64,000 bases of DNA from a virus (Duplodnaviria; Caudoviricetes). This document shows positions 56,300 through 64,000 of the stretch, piece by piece. The stretch covers positions 1-64,000 of the IMG/VR virus record IMGVR_UViG_3300047469_000103. One strand, 5' to 3'. Positions within the stretch are counted from its first letter, which is position 1; each line of letters starts with the position of its first letter. The translations under genes and the position numbers were made by a program. The notes beneath the pieces are model-generated. The model saw only the letters and a list, made by a program, of their open reading frames with translations. It ran no database searches and was not told the DNA's origin.

Positions 56300-56929
56300 A
56301 TGCCAGTCACTAAACTACCGTCGTTTATGATTCGTGCTTTGGGTGAAAAAGATTCGAGCGTTTTGGAAGTTAAAAACGAACGTCTCTCGGCCACCGCGCC
56401 AACAGATACCGAAGTGTCTGAAGTTTCGTCGATGCTTTATGACCAAACTCAGGGCGTATTAACAATTCGGTTTTTTAATGGCAACGAAATTCGTGCGACG
56501 GGATTTCCAACCGCTGCAAAAATTCCAGCAGGCCCAACAGGCCCACAAGGTTTGGCGGGAATAGATGGAAAAAACGGAACTGATGGCGCCGCTGGTGCAA
56601 TGGGTTCTGCCGGTTGTGCAGGGCCACAAGGCGCAATTGGTCAAACAGGGCCAAAAGGTGAAACCGGTCGTACTGGTGTGCAAGGCCCAATAGGCCCAAC
56701 CGGGCCACAGGGGCCAGTCGGATTACAAGGCCCAATCGGGCCAACGGGGCCACAGGGGCCAGAAGGCCCACAAGGGCCACGCGGCGATCAAGGCCCACAA
56801 GGAAAACCGGGGCCAAAAGGGCCAGAAGGTTACATGAATATTATTGTTTCCACGACCGAACCAAAAGAAGCAGATAGAGTTGACGGTTTGTTGTGGGTAA
56901 ATCCTGCTGCCGATTATTCGTGCGCGTAA
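56300..56929 (+). CDS. Collagen-like fibre protein 2
   Basis: Gly-X-Y run; C-terminal IIVSTTEP...LLWVNP. Confidence 0.85.
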   Translation: MPVTKLPSFMIRALGEKDSSVLEVKNERLSATAPTDTEVSEVSSMLYDQTQGVLTIRFFNGNEIRATGFPTAAKIPAGPTGPQGLAGIDGKNGTDGAAGAMGSAGCAGPQGAIGQTGPKGETGRTGVQGPIGPTGPQGPVGLQGPIGPTGPQGPEGPQGPRGDQGPQGKPGPKGPEGYMNIIVSTTEPKEADRVDGLLWVNPAADYSCA

Positions 56930-56945
56930 TTAAAGGAGAATTGAA

Positions 56946-57470
56946 ATGGCTGGTGGTGAATTAACACGCTTGCCGGTAACGATGCTTCGCGCACGTGGCA
57001 AAACCGGTGCATCATTAAAAAACACGGGAACATCTGTTCAAGTTTCTGAAACGAACGATCAAGCATCGCCGTTTTTGAACGCCGGACATTTGGATCAATT
57101 GACTGGTATTCTTCAGCTTTCAAATAGTGACGGAACTTACATTAGTATTGACGGGTTTTTTACCGCGAATTCTATTGTGCAAGGTCAAGCGGGGCCACGT
57201 GGATTAAATGGGCAAGATGGTCGCGATGGTTCTGATGGTCGCGATGGTGAACAAGGCCCGACAGGTTGCCAAGGCCCAGCGGGGCCGCGTGGTGATACAG
57301 GGCCAGAAGGCCCACGGGGGCCACAAGGTATTCAAGGCCCAGCAGGCCCAACCGGTGCGCCGGGGCCACGAGGCGATGACGGTTTTGTACAAATCTTTAT
57401 CCAATCGGAAGACCCAAGCGCAATGGAAGGTTCTGTAGTTAAACCCGGTGCAATGTGGGTTAAACCATAA
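56946..57470 (+). CDS. Collagen-like fibre protein 3
   Basis: Gly-X-Y run; C-terminal IFIQSEDP...AMWVKP. Confidence 0.85.
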   Translation: MAGGELTRLPVTMLRARGKTGASLKNTGTSVQVSETNDQASPFLNAGHLDQLTGILQLSNSDGTYISIDGFFTANSIVQGQAGPRGLNGQDGRDGSDGRDGEQGPTGCQGPAGPRGDTGPEGPRGPQGIQGPAGPTGAPGPRGDDGFVQIFIQSEDPSAMEGSVVKPGAMWVKP

Positions 57471-57488
57471 ACGCAAAAAGAACACGAT

Positions 57489-57516
57489 AAAAGGGGACTT
57501 AATTGTTCCCTTTTTT
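57489..57516 (+). terminator. Intrinsic terminator
   Basis: AAAAGGGGA-cttaattg-TTCCCTTTTTT. Confidence 0.8.
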
Positions 57517-57526
57517 CGTTTTAGCG

Positions 57527-57542
57527 TAATTTAAACGTATCG
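57527..57542 (+). promoter_or_regulatory. Motif A variant TAATTTAAACGTATCG
   Basis: Directly after terminator, before the 57567 gene. Confidence 0.55.
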
Positions 57543-57566
57543 GTAAACATTAGGTCTGGAGCGACT

Positions 57567-60500
57567 ATGAGCGATCTGGTTATTCAATCACCGGGCGGGG
57601 CGTGGTTGAACATTTGCGGAAGTGAATGGAAAGTATTACAGGACGATGGCAAATGGTACGCAATTGATCCGTTAAACGATTTGCGCGTGCGTCATGGTTC
57701 GAATGATTATTGGATGGTTATTGACTGCGACACAGGCGCAGCATATTGCCCACCAGAAGACATTGCAGAATGTTGGTCTGGACGCACAGGGAATTTTGAT
57801 TCCTCCGAATTTAAAGCCGGTGGCCCAACAGGTTATTTGGTTTGCGATTGCGATGGAAACAATTGCAAAACATATACAGGTCACGGCCCGAACTACAACA
57901 TTGAAGCAGGCCGCTTTGCAATCACTGCTCCGAAAATGGATAACAGTGTTGCCTATCCTTTGCCTGCAACTATTTTCGGACACGAAGCCGAAATAACCGA
58001 AACATTGCTTTTTGTTGGTGATCGTTCTGGTCACGTTTCTGTTTCTCTTCTGGAACTCGACACGCAGGTTCGTGTGCGTATTTACCACGGCTGCGAATTG
58101 CTCGGTGATTCGGACGAAAGCGGTACGGAATTCAACGTGTTCTTTAACGCTGAACCTCCTGAAATGACCGAACTGGATTGCGGCGTACAAAAACCAGTTA
58201 ATAACTTTCTGACAATGCGCGTTGATGCTCCTACAGGTTCGCGCTGGCGTGTAAAGGTTGGCGCTGCAAACGTAACGCAAACAACCAATTACACAAAACC
58301 TGCTCCGTGCTTCGGTACATTCGGCCCGCATTTGCCGTGCTTTATTGACGACGAACAACGGGTAATTCCGGGCGAAGCAGTTTATGAAGTTTTGCACACG
58401 CTGCCCGAACCGGGACGCGTCGATCTTGACCTAACCGTTAATGGCGCAGAGCCTGTAACCTTTTCCGTCTTTTACAATGGCGGATTAATCGCGACGACAA
58501 CCACTACAAACAGTGGCGGAAATCAACGCGTAGCAACCACGCTTTCGTTTAACTTCACCCCAGTTGGTGGCGACGATTTCATTGTGGTTCGTTATTCGGC
58601 ACCGCGTCAATTCAACAGTTGGTTTTATTCGATTTATTGCCCGAACAGAAAAGGTTCGCGCATTAATCCAATGTTCTGTACGCCGGTTCCTGATCCGGTT
58701 CCGTATGACGTGCTTTGTTTGCCACTGAATACCAGCCTCGATCCGATTTATGCAATCGTCGGGAAAGGCGCACCGGTCAACGATATGTATTACGATTATT
58801 CGGGCAAACCGCTCGGGGATATCGTGGTCGAATTCTTCGCAACGGATGCAATTCAATTCCTGTTTTATCAAGGGAATTATCCGAACGAAACTCTGTTGAG
58901 TGGCACCAGTTCTTTAGTCGGTGGTCACAATCGTTTTTACTTCCGATTTAATCCTGCACTCGGCACAACAATTCACGTGCGCACCGTTGGCCCGTGCTGC
59001 CCTGATTGGGCTTACACAATGTCTTGCCCGGTTCCGCCGCCGATTCTCGATATTTACGACGGCGAAGTAACGCGTCTGCGAAAAGGCCAAGTGAATTATC
59101 TGTGTTTCAATGTCGAACTGAGAAACAAAACGCCAAAACGCGTAACGTTTAACTGGACGACTGCACCGATTACCGCGCTGGTTTCTACAGACGGCACGTG
59201 TACGATTACCGAAAACGTTCCAGATTCTCCATATTGCAATATCACGGCAACCGGTGGTGTGCAAACTGCTGGGTATTCCAACGATACGAATATCGGCTAC
59301 CCACAAGCGCAGCGAATTAGTTCGACATTGCACAGTCCGAACTGCGCGCAAGGTGGTCAGTATTACGTTATGGAAACTGAAATTCAGCTTCCTTACGACG
59401 GCACGTATATTTTTGTAGGCACAGCGGATGACACGTTGGTGGCTTACGTTGACTGCGTGAAAGTATTCGAGAAATATTCGGATTGGGGCATTCCACAAAG
59501 CGGAAACTTTAATGCAAGAGCCGGATGGCAAACACTCAGCCTCGTTTACCAGAACGTTCCAAACTGCACACCGGGTTGGGCGAAGTTTGTTATTCTGAAT
59601 AATTCGGGCGTTGTTATTCACGCATCGAATGCTGCCGCGTATGTGTGGCGTTCTAAAGCCGGTGCAATTTCCATTGATCCGCCACCTGTGCCGCTGGTTT
59701 ACGGCGCCGATTACAATCAGGTTAGCGGTTCGGGTGTAATTGAAGCGTGTAATAAATCTACGCAAATTTGTGTTCCGATTTGCGGTACAGATTTGATGGG
59801 GCCAGACGTTACTTTCTCCGTGCAACTTTCCGAAATTGTTAACGCGGAAATCGGTGACTTGTATGCGATTGGCACAATTAAAAACTCCAACCATTACGTG
59901 TGCGATCAGAACACTAACGTTGCCGTTTACGATGCAGGTCTTGACCCGTATGTGAACCGTGACGCGCACCGCATGTACGTGAATAAATATTCAGGAAATA
60001 GCGGTGCATCTTATGTTATGGATGCGACGATTAATATTCCGGCATCTGGTTTGTACACGTTCTATTTCTTCGGGACGGACGCCGCAAACCTGTACATGGA
60101 TTGCAACCTGATTGCACAAAGCGGAAATGCTGCTGTTAAAGTTCGTGCGCCGATGAATGCTGGCCCACGGAAATTTTACATCAATTACTGGACTGCCCAA
60201 ACTGCCGGTAAGCGCGTGGGTTGTGCCGCACTGGCAATTGTCGATTCGTTAAATCGCGTTGTTTACGCAAGCCGTGCAGAACATTGGCGCGGTCGAATTG
60301 TTTCTGCGGGTTCACCTCCATTCTGCGATCAATTTCCGAAGACGTGTAACATTGCTGCACAGGCGGGCGTAGGTAACTATCCTCCGCATAACGATGGGCG
60401 CGTGGGTTACGGTTCGATTTCCATGTATTCGTCGTTGCACGCACCAGCATGCGCGCCGGGAAATACGTTCTTCACACTTGAACGCAAACTGACTTTCCCT

Positions 60501-61166
60501 GTTTCTGGAACGTACACATTCCGAGGAATTGCGGACGACACGTTGGATATTTACATCGACTGTAATCACGTTTTTTCCAGTATCTTGCAACAAGGCCCGG
60601 TAAACGGTGCAGTGAATGTGAGCGCAGGAGAACACACGGTAACTGTCGTTTATAAAAACGTGCCGAATTGTACGCCGGGTTATGTGCAGTTCGCATTCAT
60701 TAAACCTGACGGAAATGTTTTCTACGCGTCGAATCCTGACGGGTGGATTTCTGCGGCTGGCAGTTTGAGTAATCAACCGGTTGCTCTGTACGAGACGTGG
60801 TACAACGGTCAATTGTGTTTGCACATTTCGCCTTCGATTGGCAGTGGCGGCCCCAACTACAATTGGTGGTCTGCTGAAATGGATTGGGGCGTGCCAAGCG
60901 ACGGTGTGTATTACGTTGTAGGCGGCGCGGACGACCAGTTAGGTTTGTACATCGGGTGCGAAAGTAAACCAATTAATGGTACGCCTTTTTATCTCGATGG
61001 CGGCATGACTAAAATGCACATCCGCTGCTATAACCTTAAATCGAAAAACCCAAACTATTGCTATTTCAGTATTTACAACGCAACTACCGGCGCGTTGGTG
61101 TACCACTCTAACCGCGTTGACTGGCGAGCAAAATGGGCTGACCTCGACTTCTCAGGACTGGCATAA
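57567..61166 (+). CDS. Large adhesin-like fibre protein with Calx-beta and four PA14-like domains
   Basis: Four GxYxFxxxADDxxxxYxxC-type repeats; split Calx-beta (ILDIYD...FNWTT / GADY..VSG...TFSVQLS). Confidence 0.75.
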   Translation: MSDLVIQSPGGAWLNICGSEWKVLQDDGKWYAIDPLNDLRVRHGSNDYWMVIDCDTGAAYCPPEDIAECWSGRTGNFDSSEFKAGGPTGYLVCDCDGNNCKTYTGHGPNYNIEAGRFAITAPKMDNSVAYPLPATIFGHEAEITETLLFVGDRSGHVSVSLLELDTQVRVRIYHGCELLGDSDESGTEFNVFFNAEPPEMTELDCGVQKPVNNFLTMRVDAPTGSRWRVKVGAANVTQTTNYTKPAPCFGTFGPHLPCFIDDEQRVIPGEAVYEVLHTLPEPGRVDLDLTVNGAEPVTFSVFYNGGLIATTTTTNSGGNQRVATTLSFNFTPVGGDDFIVVRYSAPRQFNSWFYSIYCPNRKGSRINPMFCTPVPDPVPYDVLCLPLNTSLDPIYAIVGKGAPVNDMYYDYSGKPLGDIVVEFFATDAIQFLFYQGNYPNETLLSGTSSLVGGHNRFYFRFNPALGTTIHVRTVGPCCPDWAYTMSCPVPPPILDIYDGEVTRLRKGQVNYLCFNVELRNKTPKRVTFNWTTAPITALVSTDGTCTITENVPDSPYCNITATGGVQTAGYSNDTNIGYPQAQRISSTLHSPNCAQGGQYYVMETEIQLPYDGTYIFVGTADDTLVAYVDCVKVFEKYSDWGIPQSGNFNARAGWQTLSLVYQNVPNCTPGWAKFVILNNSGVVIHASNAAAYVWRSKAGAISIDPPPVPLVYGADYNQVSGSGVIEACNKSTQICVPICGTDLMGPDVTFSVQLSEIVNAEIGDLYAIGTIKNSNHYVCDQNTNVAVYDAGLDPYVNRDAHRMYVNKYSGNSGASYVMDATINIPASGLYTFYFFGTDAANLYMDCNLIAQSGNAAVKVRAPMNAGPRKFYINYWTAQTAGKRVGCAALAIVDSLNRVVYASRAEHWRGRIVSAGSPPFCDQFPKTCNIAAQAGVGNYPPHNDGRVGYGSISMYSSLHAPACAPGNTFFTLERKLTFPVSGTYTFRGIADDTLDIYIDCNHVFSSILQQGPVNGAVNVSAGEHTVTVVYKNVPNCTPGYVQFAFIKPDGNVFYASNPDGWISAAGSLSNQPVALYETWYNGQLCLHISPSIGSGGPNYNWWSAEMDWGVPSDGVYYVVGGADDQLGLYIGCESKPINGTPFYLDGGMTKMHIRCYNLKSKNPNYCYFSIYNATTGALVYHSNRVDWRAKWADLDFSGLA

Positions 61167-61169
61167 ACT

Positions 61170-61334
61170 ATGTCGCGAAAACTTTATGTTCGCGCCTCTT
61201 CCACTTCGCCCTTTATCGTGAATTTCGATAAGGGCGGGTGGACTGTTTATAAAAACGGACAGGCGATTAAAATGCTCCCATCCAACACGAAAATGTGGGA
61301 TGCGGATAAAAAAGAATGGGTATTTGTTAAGTAG
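61170..61334 (+). CDS. Small protein (54 aa, not in ORF track)
   Basis: MSRKLYVRAS...KKEWVFVK fills the gap between two fibre genes. Confidence 0.6.
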   Translation: MSRKLYVRASSTSPFIVNFDKGGWTVYKNGQAIKMLPSNTKMWDADKKEWVFVK

Positions 61335-61343
61335 GTAATTCTT

Positions 61344-63383
61344 ATGGCTGGCACGCTGACAAGACTTCCCGCTTCGATGCTCTCCACGCGCAATTCTACA
61401 ACCGGCGATGTGTTGAAAAACACTGGCGATCAATTCGCACCGAGTTCGGATGATGTTGCACCGTCGAGTGGCGTAAAAGAAGCGCTTTTTGATAAAGAAA
61501 CTGGCACGCTGACAATTACAAACGTGGATGACACGACGATTATTGTTAACGGTTTACCGACTGCAAATAATATCGGTGTTGGTGCGACTGGCCCAACTGG
61601 CCCGCAAGGAAATACCGGTACAAATGGTCGAAACGGAAAAGATGGTAGAAATGGTGTTCAAGGTTGTATCGGCCCAAAAGGTGACGTTGGCCCTGCTGGC
61701 CCTGCTGGTGGTTATGGTGGTATTGGCCCCCGTGGCCCGGTAGGCCCAACTGGCCCGCAAGGCTCACAAGGTTTGCCCGGTGAAAAAGGCGATATTGGCC
61801 CAACCGGCCCACAAGGAAATCCCGGCCCTTCTGGTGGTGTTGGTTCTGGTGGTGCAACTGGCCCGCAAGGCCCAATCGGATTAACTGGCGCAACTGGCCC
61901 GCAAGGTGAAAAAGGCGAAATTGGCCCGCAAGGAATTGTCGGCCCAACAGGCCCGCAAGGCGGTAGCGGTTCCGATGGTTTGCAAGGCCCGGCTGGCCCC
62001 GCTGGCCCAATGGGTGTAGGTGTTCCCGGCCCCGCTGGTGTTTCTTCACTTTTCGTAAATGATTCGTGGACAAATACTGACAACCGCGTCGGTCGTTATC
62101 ACACGTTGGAAGCAGATGATAAATCTGTTGAAATTGTCGGTCGTTTTAAATCTTCGACTGCCGTACAAAACGTGACGATTACGCTGGAATATAACGGTGC
62201 TGCTGCGCGCCGTGTTGTGCCGATGATTAGTTTCAACACTTTCGGTTCTGCACTGATTGCCGGTGCGTCTTATACAATCACGGCAAACCCAACTGTAGAC
62301 GGCGATACAACTTGCTCGTTTACGTTTGCAGCAAGTCAGCCTTTTGCATCGCTTGATTTTAACTTCTGCGTGAAATTGGCAACGACTTCGCCAACGCCTG
62401 ACATGTCGATTTTCGATACGGCTCTGGATATTCCGCGTCCGGGTGCGGCTTACACTGCAACCCTGAATTTCCCTGTGCATTTGTCGATTGATTCCGAAGA
62501 AAACATTTTGGTCGATTGGGAAACTGTTTCGGATAACGCAATCGGTTCCGGTATTCCAGTTCCGACAACGCTGCCTCTTTTCCAAAGTTGGTATCGCACA
62601 GCAGGCCCGGATTATTTCACGCCTTCTGACGCAGTGCCACCGGGTAACGAAGCTGCCACGTTGGTATTCGATAACAGCCGAATTGAAGTCACGCTGAATA
62701 GTTCGAATTATATTCAGATGCTTTCGCCAATCGGCTTCCTGAAATACACATTGCAATGCCGTGTAGGTTCAGCAAACTCGGATGACGATCAAATCGGTTT
62801 GGTGGTTGCGTCCGTTCGTCAAGATGGGATTAACCATTCCATTTATGCCGTGCGAAATCAAGGCGGTGCTGGTGGTGTCGATGTTGCCACGCGTAAAAAC
62901 TTCATGATTACTTACGTGCGAAATAACACAGTAGTCAAGAATTTGGGCGCGGTGGACATTGGCGCATCTGTAAATACATGGGGCGGTAAAACGTCCGTGA
63001 TGAAAGTTGTGCGTGACGCAGATTCGATTCAATGTTTCGCATCTGATTTCAACTCGCCAACTTTGAACGCCACACCGTTAACCGTTAACTTGGCCTCCGA
63101 TCCTGATTTGGCAGTCTTCCGTGACTCGTGCAAATTCGGTTTCTTCGCACAATCCCAAGCTGGTTCTTATTGGGAAAATATCACGTTTGATTTTGGCGTG
63201 GCTGATTACATTTCTGCATCGGGCACATTGGAAATTCCAGCGGGCACAACTGATATCACAATTCCGGTTGTGATTAAAGGAACTGACGTTGCGAATCCGC
63301 CAGCAAAGACTGTGAGCGTGCGTTTGTCGAATCCACGGAATGCCAAACTCGGCGCTGTTGCTGTCGGAGTCGGGACGTTCTGA
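61344..63383 (+). CDS. Collagen-like fibre protein 4 with Calx-beta and lectin-like insert
   Basis: Long Gly-X-Y run, split Calx-beta, SDDDQIGLV motif. Confidence 0.85.
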   Translation: MAGTLTRLPASMLSTRNSTTGDVLKNTGDQFAPSSDDVAPSSGVKEALFDKETGTLTITNVDDTTIIVNGLPTANNIGVGATGPTGPQGNTGTNGRNGKDGRNGVQGCIGPKGDVGPAGPAGGYGGIGPRGPVGPTGPQGSQGLPGEKGDIGPTGPQGNPGPSGGVGSGGATGPQGPIGLTGATGPQGEKGEIGPQGIVGPTGPQGGSGSDGLQGPAGPAGPMGVGVPGPAGVSSLFVNDSWTNTDNRVGRYHTLEADDKSVEIVGRFKSSTAVQNVTITLEYNGAAARRVVPMISFNTFGSALIAGASYTITANPTVDGDTTCSFTFAASQPFASLDFNFCVKLATTSPTPDMSIFDTALDIPRPGAAYTATLNFPVHLSIDSEENILVDWETVSDNAIGSGIPVPTTLPLFQSWYRTAGPDYFTPSDAVPPGNEAATLVFDNSRIEVTLNSSNYIQMLSPIGFLKYTLQCRVGSANSDDDQIGLVVASVRQDGINHSIYAVRNQGGAGGVDVATRKNFMITYVRNNTVVKNLGAVDIGASVNTWGGKTSVMKVVRDADSIQCFASDFNSPTLNATPLTVNLASDPDLAVFRDSCKFGFFAQSQAGSYWENITFDFGVADYISASGTLEIPAGTTDITIPVVIKGTDVANPPAKTVSVRLSNPRNAKLGAVAVGVGTF

Positions 63384-63388
63384 TAACC

Positions 63389-63422
63389 AAAGGAGGCTGC
63401 GTTTTTACGTGGCCTCTTTTTT
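63389..63422 (+). terminator. Intrinsic terminator-like hairpin
   Basis: AAAGGAGGC-TGCGT-tttt-ACGTG-GCCTCTTTTTT. Confidence 0.7.
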
Positions 63423-63431
63423 GGAGTTTTT

Positions 63432-64000
63432 ATGGCAACATACGTTAAGTTAAGCGGCACGGCGATGGCCTTGAATACCTATCCATCAGAAGGTTCGATT
63501 GCGAACCTCACGGATGGTAACAAGACAACGCTTTGGCACAGCTACGACGCGAACGAAAGTGCAAACAATACCTTCATGGGTATGACGTTTTCGACCGGAC
63601 AAATTCCTCGCAAAATTGAAATTGATTTTGCACGCTGGGGTTCCAAAATTGTAATCGGTTATGCGCCTGCAAAGCCGGGAGCATGGTCGGGTTTTACGGT
63701 TGTTCGTACCATTGACACAAACGCGCAGCCGCTCGATGATGCGGGTGTTGCGTGGGGTGGCGACCGTTTAGGTAAAAGAACAAACACAATTCTTTTAAAC
63801 AATTCCGTGGCCGCGAAGTGCTGGGGTATTTGCAGCACTGACAATTTGTATGGCCCGCTTTCTGACACCAACGCCGGTAATAACACGCGACTAACTGTTT
63901 ATGAAGTTGCGATGTATTCGGATAGTCAATTCACCGCGCCTTCGCAACCACTCGCATCGACTACGCCCCTTACCGGTACAGCTTTTTGCGATAAAAATAC
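63432..64000 (+). CDS. Discoidin/F5-8-type-C-like fibre protein (partial, runs off window)
   Basis: MATYVKLSG...NLTDGNKTTLWHS...VYEVAMY; open to window end; GGAG RBS. Confidence 0.65.
   Translation, partial: MATYVKLSGTAMALNTYPSEGSIANLTDGNKTTLWHSYDANESANNTFMGMTFSTGQIPRKIEIDFARWGSKIVIGYAPAKPGAWSGFTVVRTIDTNAQPLDDAGVAWGGDRLGKRTNTILLNNSVAAKCWGICSTDNLYGPLSDTNAGNNTRLTVYEVAMYSDSQFTAPSQPLASTTPLTGTAFCDKN

Noticed and set aside
56520-62040. GGCCC-rich nucleotide repeats as VNTR or CRISPR
   Set aside because: They are Gly-Pro codons of collagen triplets, with no repeat-spacer structure
1-64000. Stop-codon reassignment
   Set aside because: Conserved genes are intact in code 11 and TAA, TGA and TAG all end coupled genes
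1-64000. tRNA, rRNA or CRISPR arrays
   Set aside because: None recognised by eye; few gaps are large enough; tRNAscan was not run

Overview
This 64 kb window is a densely coding, roughly 50% GC segment of a jumbo myovirus (contractile-tailed bacteriophage) genome, read in the standard genetic code. By gene content it resembles the 'hairy' jumbo phages of the Erwinia Y3 / Dickeya JA11 / Pseudomonas PaBG-Lu11 / Ralstonia RSL1 type; this is inference and was not searched. Layout: (i) 0.1-8.7 kb replication/recombination genes (RecA/UvsX-like, GNAT, HNH, a candidate sigma factor, DnaB helicase); (ii) 8.7-16.6 kb packaging genes (candidate small terminase, intein-containing large terminase, probable portal) interleaved with GNAT-like, Gp49/66 and KTSC proteins; (iii) 16.9-22.9 kb gp5-like spike, tail-fibre pieces, SprT protease, MmcB nuclease and dTMP kinase; (iv) 22.9-37.8 kb a run of genes, most sharing an N-terminal M-x-I-x-I-A-x-A leader, including a type IB topoisomerase, two ADP-ribosyltransferase-like proteins and three large paralogues, probably a capsid-packaged injected payload; (v) 37.8-43.1 kb a minus-strand block with DHFR, thymidylate synthase and small proteins that look like stand-alone major-capsid-protein fragments; (vi) 43.2-64 kb baseplate (PAAR, gp25, gp6-like, Ig-repeat protein) and collagen, PA14, Calx-beta and discoidin-like fibre genes. 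Two repeated AT-rich promoter-like motifs and several intrinsic terminators are visible. I saw no tRNA, rRNA or CRISPR array. All family assignments come from motif recognition by eye.
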